A stretch of DNA of 45,686 nucleotides, from contig JAUCBJ010004540.1 of NCBI GenBank assembly GCA_032718475.1, positions 1 through 45,686 on the forward strand, given 5' to 3'. The notes under the pieces were generated by a model. That model was not told the DNA's origin and made no database searches. It was given only the letters and a program-made list of their open reading frames with translations. Positions 36,301 through 45,686 of this stretch are shown here, piece by piece (within the stretch, counting starts at the first letter, position 1; each line of letters starts with the position of its first letter). Source of the DNA: Nemertoderma westbladi (Eukaryota; Animalia; Xenacoelomorpha). Both the position numbers and the translations under genes were made by a program.

Positions 36301-36683
36301 ATTATAAATATCGTCAGCCTGCGTTTAAGAAATATATTTAAATACAAAACAGGACGAACGCAAAGAGGCTTATAATGAAAACGAGTACTGCGTTTATTAT
36401 ATTCCTATAAACCACCTGGCTTTGCATATTTAACGTGCGATTGGAAATAAGTTCGTGCTACCCTTCCGTGGGTGGTAGATGTCCCGGTTATGTATTGGTG
36501 GTTGGGAAGGTTGGGGGGGGGGGGGGGGGGATTAAAAGGGGTGAACACGTACTGTCCCCCTTTCTTTGATTGATTGGTGGTGTGGGTAAATTTCTCAAAA
36601 CCTGATTTTGTGATACAGTCGCTCAATTTTAATTTGTATCTAATAACTGGGCCTCGTGCTGCGCGAAGGCCCCACGAACGTGT
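33378..36683 (+). mobile_element. Head-to-tail dimer of a Helentron/DINE-like non-autonomous element (units 33490-35120 and 35121-36680), preceded by a duplicated 56 bp head
   Basis: 56 bp x2 at 33378 and 33434; (tgtcgttc)10 and (tgtcgttc)5; core ...ataactc...ccaaacttggtacacatg; terminal hairpin gggcctcgtgctgcgcgaaggccc; gtggggc/gccccac inverted pair. The repeat is certain, the class is inferred. Confidence 0.65.
33490..33574. repeat. (TGTCGTTC)n microsatellite, 10.6 units; second tract at 35121-35165
   Basis: Read directly from the sequence. Confidence 0.97.
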
Positions 36684-37379
36684 AGTCTACTCACTACAGT
36701 ACAGCAGTAGTTACATTTTAGTGAGCAAGGTTTGTGCCCTTGTTACAAATAACTTCCCTGAACTCCGGGATGGTCTCCAATCATACTGTACAATTGTGAC
36801 ATCATTGATTGTTTAATTAAAACATAGCATTGCGATGGGCTAAGGACGTTGTTTACGCAATGTAATTTCTGCCCAGTGCTCTGAATGTCACATTGAAGAA
36901 ATTCACGTTAAACAAAAAGACTTTTCATTCTTATCAGTCTGGGGACAAATTAAAAGGTACGCATTCTACAATTAAATTCCACACAAACCAATTTACCTAA
37001 AACACACAGTACATTTTTTTAAAACCAAATGTGGACAATTCGAGATATTGGTACCAGAGGCATATACAATCATCGTACTTATACCAAATTCGATTTTTTA
37101 GATAAATCGAATCAGGGACGTCCCCTTTTAGTTTGTCCCGAAATGTCCCCAATTCGCGGTTATAAAGTGTCCATGATTTACAAGGAAGGTCCACGCAACT
37201 ACACATACGTTATATGAACCTTCACATAGAGCTAGCTGTCAATAATACTTGCGATATAAAATTTAAGTTTTATAGATAATGTTTCGGAATATATTATCGA
37301 AAATATTTCAGATTAAACAAATCAATTTCTTTACAACCAGTTTGAATGTGTAAAAGAACAATATGTTTTCTTGAAATGA

Positions 37380-39107
37380 TCAATTTTGATTGCTTTGCTT
37401 CAATATTGTTGCATCTCTAACGGCTTTTACCCAATCGGCTTTGAGTTCAGGTGTATCGCATCTGAATATCAGTACACCAACTCCACTGTGGGATATCTTG
37501 AATACTAAGGGCGCCAGACTTGAGTCAACTTCAGGCACACTTTCTTCCACTGTATATCCTAGCAACGGTCTGTCATCCTGCGCCCTGGGGTCTCCACGGT
37601 TCTTAAGCTTGTACAATACCCAGCCATGCAGCTCAAACCAGTACTCTTTCCATACTCCTCTTCTTTTCAGTAGCTTCAGTGATCCACTCATTTCTACCTT
37701 ATCCCGTTCTGAAACCACCAACGTTTTCGCATCCGAGGCCTCTTTCACTTCCTTGAATTTCTTGCTGAAAAGTCCCTGGAGACATTCAATATCATCACCA
37801 ATATTATCAGTAATAATTGGCTGATACTTTTCAGGGAATTCTCCCCTTCCGATGACATCATACAGTTTCTTGTGGCAGTAACTACAAACGCGGCAAACTT
37901 TCCAGGATTTATAGAGAATAGGCGCTTCAAAATCTGAACAAGTACCACAGACAACCTTGCCGCATATACGGCAGTGATGGCGTCGGTTGAATCTCGTGAA
38001 ATTTTGCAGTTTACACAGCTGACACATGCTCGTTTGGTTGTCTTCTATCCAATGAGGTGCTACTGCTCCCGGGAATTCGTTTGTATCGCTCTTTTTCATG
38101 GCATTCCCATCTACGCTGAATGAATCTAGCTTCTCCCAAAGGGTAGATTTTGCACATTCGATGGTGGATATCCACTCATCTCTTTCTTTCCGAGTTTCAA
38201 CAAAAAAATCATATGCTTCAGGCAATCCCGGCCCTGTAATAGAAAACCAATTACCAGTGTCCAGGTGCATCGGTGGGGCAGTAACTATGACTTGTTCAAT
38301 TGGAATGTCTATACTAATACTTGTGTCATTTTTTATGCAAAGAAGTTTATCAGAAAAAAGATATAAATCTCTTGGTTGATTTTCCTTTAAATTTGTTGGG
38401 TATCTTTTCAGTACACGTCCATATTTAATAATGAATCTTCCTGGTGTAAATATATTTACCTTTCTGTTAGATTTCTCTAGTTTTTTTTGCAGTTCCAAGA
38501 GTTTATTTGAATTTACATCTTCTGCCTCTATCTTGACGTGGAGATCATTAATTCCACTTATAATGAGTAAAGTAGCTTTTACATTCTCTTTTTCATCCTT
38601 TTCACTTTCAGACAAGACTTTTTGGTAATCTTTAAGCAGTTGCTCGTGCTTGTGTACCCTCCATATTGGTTCCTCCAGCCTTCGTCTCAGGTCCATTTTC
38701 CGATCCCTCAAATCGTCCTTATTACCACCTCCTCTAATATATTTTTTTTCAAACTCCACCACAAATGCCTTAAACTGTTTATTTTGTTTCATTGCATTGT
38801 CAAATACTTTTATTGCATATTGAGATCTGTTATTGATAAAATTCGCAGTCATTTTAAGCATAAAGATGGCATATTTTCTATATACATCCGCTATCTTAGG
38901 AACTATATGCCAGTTATCAGCTCTCTCCTGGAGTTCTTTTGATAATCCCTCACTTAGTTTTAAAAGATTCTCGAACAGATTCATGATTATGTTCAACTGA
39001 CTTTTTTCAATAATCGGATTTCCATTTATTCTCCTGGCATCAATTTTCTCCTTAAATGTGTTTATTAGGCGCAAATTATTTAGATATTCTAATTCAGTGA
39101 TTGCCAT
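37380..39107 (-). CDS. FGD: FGD/frabin-family protein: RhoGEF (DH)-PH-FYVE-PH in one uninterrupted ORF; the true start may lie further upstream
   Basis: DH: TELEY...L, LFENL, LEEP.WR...LLKDY; PH ending ERDEWISTI; FYVE WIED/CQLC/RRHHCRICG.VVC..CS/RVC..C; second PH with WKEYWF, LY, PLLGY.V, W..A. Frame stays open 32 codons upstream of the ATG. Confidence 0.92.
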   Translation of the reverse strand: MAITELEYLNNLRLINTFKEKIDARRINGNPIIEKSQLNIIMNLFENLLKLSEGLSKELQERADNWHIVPKIADVYRKYAIFMLKMTANFINNRSQYAIKVFDNAMKQNKQFKAFVVEFEKKYIRGGGNKDDLRDRKMDLRRRLEEPIWRVHKHEQLLKDYQKVLSESEKDEKENVKATLLIISGINDLHVKIEAEDVNSNKLLELQKKLEKSNRKVNIFTPGRFIIKYGRVLKRYPTNLKENQPRDLYLFSDKLLCIKNDTSISIDIPIEQVIVTAPPMHLDTGNWFSITGPGLPEAYDFFVETRKERDEWISTIECAKSTLWEKLDSFSVDGNAMKKSDTNEFPGAVAPHWIEDNQTSMCQLCKLQNFTRFNRRHHCRICGKVVCGTCSDFEAPILYKSWKVCRVCSYCHKKLYDVIGRGEFPEKYQPIITDNIGDDIECLQGLFSKKFKEVKEASDAKTLVVSERDKVEMSGSLKLLKRRGVWKEYWFELHGWVLYKLKNRGDPRAQDDRPLLGYTVEESVPEVDSSLAPLVFKISHSGVGVLIFRCDTPELKADWVKAVRDATILKQSNQN

Positions 39108-39295
39108 TGTTTTTGGAAAAGCAAATAATTTTTTTAACCTTTTAGCTTCTTTTGTCTTTGGTTGATCACTTAATAGGAGGTTCGATGCGCAATTGGGCCC
39201 AATTTAATTTCCCAATTCCAATTTGATGAATTAGATAAACTTGCTGTGAATCTTACTTTTGATGCTAATAAAATTGTTGAAACTTGTTTTGATGA

Positions 39296-39850
39296 TTAAC
39301 CCTATCTGGCCTGGGAGATTTTAATACGTAATTGGCATGGGGTGGTGGGGGGGGGGGGGGGGGGGGGGGCATTTTATAAATATTTTAGATTGGTTCAAAA
39401 ATTTCAATTTTGATGGTATAAATAAGGTTTTTCGATGTCGCTGATTGCGATAAAACTTGTTAACAATATTTTCTGGCAATGCAACCATTATTTTTGGTGC
39501 CTATATTGGTTCACCGGGATGAAAAGTGTAAGTAAAAAATGTCAAACTTAAAAAAAGTTATGCTTGGTTTGATAATTCTGAAGATACTGTAAATGGGTTT
39601 TCGTGGTCACTGATCACTATGAAACTAGTTATAAATATTTCTGGTAATGCAAACCCAATTTTGGAGCCATTCTGGTGTCCCAGAACGAAAAGTACAAGTA
39701 GCAAATAATTACAAACTGTTAAATTTTGCCTTTGGTTTGGTAATTGTGAAGCTATACTGGTTTTCAAGGTCGCTGATAAAGATATAACTCATTAAAAATA
39801 ATTTGTGGTAACGAAACTATCATTTTTGGCCCTAGGACTGAGTACTATTT
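39296..39850. mobile_element. Possible piggyBac-type MITE remnant with diverged internal repeats
   Basis: Starts ttaa-ccctatctggcctggg followed by a G run; the ggtttt...gtc.ctgat motif occurs three times. No right TIR found. Confidence 0.3.
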
Positions 39851-40269
39851 TCGGTTTAATGTCCTGATTTTATTCTCTAAGTTGAAAGATGTTCACCCAC
39901 CTTGTTGTTAGTAGATTTCGTCAGGTGGTGATAAGTCGAAATGGTACTAATCGGATTCCCCTGTGTATCTCTAGTTGAATATCTACCTCCCGTCTCTCAC
40001 TTGCACTCTGAGTTCGGCCAGGGAACCTGCTGTTGGATAATCTGGTCAAGCGATGTGGATGGACCCCAAAGGAAGTGTCATGAACAAGAATGGTTGTGAC
40101 TAGCAATGTATATTGTTTCTGATAACAATAGTCTTCCTTTGTATCTCACCAATACACTAATAATGTCATTGCAACTACGTTGAGGACAACGTACTAACCA
40201 ATAACTCCTAAACTAAGTCAAATACACCAATAAAGGGTTAGGTGATATTTGATGTAGATGTCTAGGTAT

Positions 40270-40780
40270 TGCGTCTAGGTACTAGTCATACCTGAGGACG
40301 ATGACCTTCAACAGGTGAAAAATGATGACGAAAAATTCGAAGTAGTAACTAATGCAATTGGCCACTCACGTCTACAATCATCATTTAGGCGACTAGGGAA
40401 GAAAAGGGAGGGAGGCTGTCAGCCTCTTTTAGTCTCCCTAGGAGAGCTGGCACCCGACCTATTGAAGGATATGCCGGGGCTAGATGGTTTCTACATAAAA
40501 CCTGATACACACCCTGCAGTCCGTTTGGAGATTGAGAGATTTGGCGGGGCTAGATGGTTTCTACATAAAACCTGATACACACCCTGCAGTCCGTTTGGAG
40601 ATTGAGAGATTTGGCGGGGCTAGATGGTTTCTACATAAAACCTGATACACACCCTGCAGTCCGTTTGGAATTTAAGAGATTGAGAGATTTGGCGGCTTTA
40701 GAACAGAAAAGACCAGAGAATATTTAATGCATCGTAGAATATGACCATAAATCGAGATCTGTTAGGATTGATGGTAAAAC
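40270..40780 (+). pseudogene. Degenerate LINE ORF1-like fragment, abutting the BEL copy D LTR
   Basis: RRLGK...QPLLV...GFYIKPD.HPAVR resembles the RRM-type ORF1 of CR1/L2 LINEs. Confidence 0.45.
40476..40695. repeat. 70 bp tandem repeat x~3
   Basis: tagatggtttctacataaaa at 40481, 40551 and 40621. Confidence 0.95.
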
Positions 40781-40781
40781 C

Positions 40782-41994
40782 TGTAAAAGCTTCTGTGGGA
40801 TGTAACTGGCCCTTCGCCCCGCAACCCAGTTTTTCCCCCATACGCTAAAATACTCTGAAACCTACTGTAAAGGTTTTTCTGGGATATGACTGATTTGTTT
40901 TCTTTGCTAACCAGTTCCCCCCTCCAAAGCGTTGGAATCCTTTAGGAGGGATCTGAGCTGTTCGATTGGCCAGCCGGCTTGGGAAGGTTGCCCCAGTTAC
41001 CCATAGCCCTGCGTTGAGTTAGTTCTGATTTCGACCAATCCCGAGCTACTGAACTGAAATTATCCTGTCTCACTGCTGATTACATGTGTTGAACGGGATT
41101 CTTGGAAAATAAGAGAGAGAGTTGTTACTTGAGAGAGAGTTGTTACTTTTGTTGTTATTGCGGTCTAAGCCAGAAACACCGGCATTTTGTAACCAATACT
41201 GCTGTACCGTAAACTGCTTGAATTATCGAAAGTATAAACTGTTACCTAACTTAACGCATCTAACTAATCTCACGAATCGAATATCACCTAACTCATTAAT
41301 CATATTGTTTGTACTGTTATTTTACCGTCAGTTATTAATTGTAAATATTTGTTGATGGAAATATTGCTATTTGGATAATACGGATAAATCACCCAATTCC
41401 CAATTTTCTTGATAACACTACAGGTTAGAGAGACCGGCTATATATAACAATTGCGATTTATATTAATGTGGTGTGTATTGAATCCAATGTTATTTAGCAG
41501 ACCCTACGCGAGTCAATTACTGCTCTCTTTATGTGTGATCAAATATACTGACTGTCGGCAGAATAGTGTGTATGATTGTGATTGGTAACAAAGTATTTCC
41601 TAAAGAATACGTTTTATACTTTAATCAGCAGCAGTATCGTTGCGTTTAGTATAAGTCTTAGTTCTGTTTAAATAGGTAAAGCGCCACGTCCTAAAGGAAC
41701 TGTTAATATTTCCCGAAAGCCAATAATATCTGTCAGAGATTAATTATTAACGATCTATCGAATAATACATTAGGTATACACTACAACCTTACACTGTAAT
41801 AATACAATTCAAGCATCCGAATTCAGTCTCCCGGGTGTAGATCCATCGGGTGAATGATCGCGCATGGGCTGACTTCGGCTAATGTTTTGCGTATTAGCAT
41901 AAATTATTGTCGTATGCTAAAGTGGTTTTAATTAACGAAAAGACATATAAATTTTGGCAGGTTAAACTGCTAAAGGTCTTCGAAAGCGCGAACA
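40782..41994 (+). repeat. 5' LTR of BEL copy D (1213 bp)
   Basis: TGTAAAAGCTT...GAAAGCGCGAACA; same termini and near-equal length to the copy A LTR. Confidence 0.8.
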
Positions 41995-42007
41995 GTAACA
42001 GTTTATA
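41995..42007 (+). promoter_or_regulatory. Non-tRNA primer-binding site of BEL copy D (self-priming candidate)
   Basis: gtaacagtttata is the reverse complement of tataaactgttac at 41233-41245 in its own LTR. Confidence 0.75.
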
Positions 42008-42383
42008 ATCTTATTGCAGTAAGCAATAAGGTTGCAAGTGTAGGCATTAAATACAGTTTAATACTGTTCTGGCGAACAGTAACGGTTTACAATCTTATTG
42101 CAGTAGGCAATAAGGTTGCAAAATACCGTAGTGACTGGTAAAACTGAACCGGTACTTTGTAGGTCAGTAGGCCTAACTGTCATCACCGGTACCGGTACTG
42201 CTGTACAAGTACATTAGTATTATTCGATTTTGATTATTGTATACCGGTAGGTCTCGATATTAAATCGGGCGACGCCCTGGTTTTTATTGGGATTTTACTT
42301 AGGTCTATTTCTGTCAGTTTTATTTACTAGTAGGCTAATATTGAGCAGAAGGCGTGTGACCCTGCTCAGATTGTTCAGATAAT

Positions 42384-42930
42384 TGTAGGCTGAGCTGCTG
42401 TCTGACTGTGGTTGGGTTTGGAGAGATTACGGCGTGTGTAGAGTTTGTCTGATAAAGTGCCGTTAGTAAGTTGGGGCAGTCAACACTGTAAGGTCAATCC
42501 CCTCTTAAAGAGTAAGTCGTACTACCGTGTTAGCACGCATACTAACTAACAGTTTCAGAGTCTGCATATACTGTAGTTTATTTAGGCTTGATCGTAGTCT
42601 GCCAGTGTTTTAGCCTGTGTTTGTTTGTGTGGTCTGTTCAGGTACCGTAATAGTTATTACTCAAATATTTTGTAGGCTGGATTGTTGTCTAGCTATTTTT
42701 GGGTCTGAAGGGATTGCTGCGTGTGTAGAGTTGGTCTGATCAAGCGCCGTTAGTAAGTTGGGGCAGTCAACACTGTAAGGTCAATCCCCTCTTAAAGAGT
42801 AAGTCGTACTACCGTGTTAGCACGCATACTAACTAACAGTTTCAGAATCTGCACATACAGTAGTTTGTTTAGGCTTGATAGTAGTCCGCCAGCGTTTGGT
42901 TTGTATTTGTTTGAGTATTCTGTACGGGTA
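42384..42930. repeat. Two ~287 bp tandem repeats in the leader of copy D
   Basis: tgtaggctg at 42384 and 42671 with long identical cores. Confidence 0.9.
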
Positions 42931-44253
42931 GCGTAATATTTATTATTCAGAGTTTATGCGATTATTCGCAACATTCATGTCCCCAAGTTTATTCCTACAG
43001 TAATTGTGCTTGTTATACATACCGTTATAGTTAAACTAACCCCGGTACTACATCAGGGCTGCTTGGCGTAGGTAAAGACTGACGACTTTGTGCTTCGGTC
43101 ACTCCAGCAGATGCCGTGGTTCTTTTAACTGTTCAAGTATATTTAACTACTGATTATTTGTTATATCGGTACTTGTACCTAATTTAGGGTTTAGTGTACA
43201 GTGCCTTCCGAAGTAATTAGTGTAGGCAGTATATTTGTGTTGTAAAGTGGTTGATAGGCACATTCGTTAGCTCTATTAGCTTCTGGGTAGGAACAATCCG
43301 TGATACATAACGTAGTACCTATAGCGATACGGTTATAGGTCGTCAGGCGGTGGTATTTTCCTATCTGGACAGTACAATATATTTACTACTACTTATTATT
43401 CAAATACCGTAGTACCCTGTCTGTTTGTAATAGCCAGAAATCTAACCCTTTGTTAGGCTGGTTTGTAGACTTCCTGTAAAATTACCCTAAAAATTCGTAC
43501 GTAATATTTTGTTGTGTTTAATTAGAGAATTAATCTCACCCGTATCGTAAGTAATTTGTAGTATTAAGTAACTTAGGTAAATTAGAATTATCAGTTTTAG
43601 TGTCAAATAAATAGCACTTCACTGAGAGGCGTTCAGCTTCTGTGTAGTGACCCCCAGAAATAATAACATTTATTTCAAATATTGTAAAAACCCTTTTTAA
43701 ACGGGTATATAAATATTATAAATCAAATCAAACGATTTATAAATAGTAGGCCTGTCATACAAAACTAGGTCTCACTATCAGTTGGACTACTGCTTAAATA
43801 ACGGTAACAAAGTAAGTTAAAGTAACCAAGTAGCCCTAAAATATTCAGAAATTCAATTATTCTCAAAATAATTGACATACCGGTACTTACAATAGGCTTA
43901 TTATATTTATTTCTATAAATTTGAGCTGAAATCATACCGGTACTCTGTAATTAATTCTAATCCAGAATTATACTTATATACTATAAGTGTAAGCTGTATA
44001 CCGGTATTCATTATAGGCCTACTATATATATATATATTTGTGCTAAAATTATATACCGGTACTCTGTGACAAATCTAGTCTGTAATAATACTTATATATT
44101 ATAAGCATACCGGTATTCTAATATATTGTATATATATCACGTTCCACTGAGTAACGGTACCGGTAATAAATCGCTAGGCTTGTGGTTATACTGAATTACT
44201 AGATTTGCTTTAACTGAAATTATAGTAGTAGACATTCAACTGTATAACTAAAT

Positions 44254-45686
44254 ATGTCTGACACTCAGCAAAACCTGTCGGACAGTCTGATCGAGACCAC
44301 TATCTGTGATTCAGATAGGAGAGTGGAGCGAATAATAGAGAAGTTCGGCTCACCTCCTACTGTAAAAAAGGTCATCCCTCCAGTAGTATCAGACCCTAGG
44401 CTAGTCCACCATAGGTCCATCATAGGCACTCGGGCACAGGTAAAACGGGACCAAGAGGCAGCTGTCCTATCGCAGCAACATCTTGGTCAAGAACCTACTT
44501 CCCAGAGACCTGATAGCTCCAGCAGTTCAGATACTGTAGAGTTGACTCCCGAACATGGAGTGCAATGGCTGATACAGTCTACTCGGACCCCCTTCTTACT
44601 CTTCCTGCTGCAGTACTAACTACTATACTCATTGCGGTGGAGGAACATCAAGCCGACTGGGCGAAGAATAAGCAAGCGACCCAAGATGATTACGCGGGAT
44701 ACGCCAGGGAAGAATTGAGATCTATTGTTGAATCACAATGGAACTTTCCCGGACTCGGACTTCCGTTTGATATGTCCGAGGCTACTTGGGAAGATATACA
44801 CAGGATGGGAGTGGCTCAAGATACAATGGATCCAGCTGTTTGGAAGAGGTCGGCAGCAGGATATGTGCAGGGATTCTTCGAATCCTTGGAGCGATTGGAA
44901 GGGCAGCTGTTTCGACAACCTCACGGACCTCAAGAGCAGGAAGAACTGCTATATCAAATACGCGAAAGAACCCTACGCATTCGACTAATCCTCTCAGCCT
45001 TTGAGGAAACTTCCAAAAGAAGACAGGACACGTCGCTGCAGGTTGCTGTCAAAACTTGGCTACATCGAGTAGATCGCAAAGTACAGGAAACAGCCCAGTG
45101 GAAATCCCAGCTGGCTGAGAGATCAATCTATGAGGAACCAACTGATGTCACCGAACAAACTGATGTCACCCTTGCTCAAGAGGAAAGCGAAGAGGCCGCC
45201 GAGAAACCGCGAACTAGAGACGCTATCGACATTTATTTGTCCGACTATCAGCGATTCCTAGGAGACGAAGAGTTGAGGAGACGGCTACATGGACTTTCCC
45301 CTAATAGTGAAGGAACCAAGCTTATATTGGACGCGATCGATACCGAAATGTTAGCTGCAAACCAAGCTGAATGTGATGAAAAACTCCGCCTCACTAGAGT
45401 CCGAGAAGAACAAATAAAGAAAAGAAGGATAGAGGAACAAAAGGCGGCGGATATGGCGGCGGTTATGGCAGATGCAGAAGCCGAAAGAAAAGCAAAAGCA
45501 GCAGAAGCAGAAGCCGAAAGAAAGAAAAAGGCGGCGGAAGTAGAAGCCGAAAGAAAGAAAAAGGCGGCGGAAGCAGAAGCCGAAAGAAAGGCAAAAGCGG
45601 CAGATGCAGAAGCCGAAAGAAAGGCAGCGAAGGCAGTGGCAGAAGTAGAAAGGAGAGCATCTGAGCAGACTACCCAACTGGAGTTG
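44254..45686 (+). pseudogene. gag: gag N-terminus of copy D with a frameshift at ~44560; the second frame is open from 44565 to the window end
   Basis: First ~102 aa match copy A gag; homology resumes in another frame (MADTVYSDPLL..., ESQWNFPG, DPAVWKRSAAGY, RDAIDIYLSDYQRFLGD). Confidence 0.9.

Larger units (their letters stand above)
40782..45686 (+). mobile_element. BEL/Pao retrotransposon copy D, a diverged sibling of copy A; runs off the window end
   Basis: LTR, leader and gag N-terminus align with the reverse complement of ~5650-10016 (MSDTQQNLSDSL vs MSDSKQNLSDSL). Confidence 0.93.

Noticed and set aside
41817-41994. Dicistrovirus IGR IRES or a known small ribozyme (twister, pistol, hatchet, HDV)
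   Set aside because: Diagnostic conserved loops and cores were not found by eye, and the domain is more than 2 kb from the gag start; kept as an unclassified structured RNA.

Overview
Repeat-dense eukaryotic (metazoan invertebrate-like) genomic DNA, almost entirely nested transposable elements plus one host coding region. It holds four BEL/Pao LTR-retrotransposon segments: a near-intact copy on the minus strand at 1-10016, a 5' fragment of a second family at ~10385-12137, a pol fragment at 15324-17937, and a diverged sibling of the first copy at 40782-end. Also present are three Penelope-like (RT + GIY-YIG) copies with variant hammerhead motifs, RTE and CR1/L2 LINE fragments, tRNA-derived SINEs, an hAT-type MITE with a hairpin footprint, Helentron/DINE-like elements and a ~6.5 kb tandem duplication. 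The host region is an uninterrupted FGD-family DH-PH-FYVE-PH ORF. Main observation: none of the three BEL 5' LTRs is followed by a tRNA primer-binding site. In each, the 12-14 nt immediately after the LTR are the exact reverse complement of a segment inside that element's own LTR, and the sequence differs in each element. This points to tRNA-independent self-priming in BEL/Pao elements, alongside a covarying pseudoknotted RNA domain at the U5 end. All calls were made by eye with no database searches, and LTR ends are inferred because no 3' LTR lies in the window.
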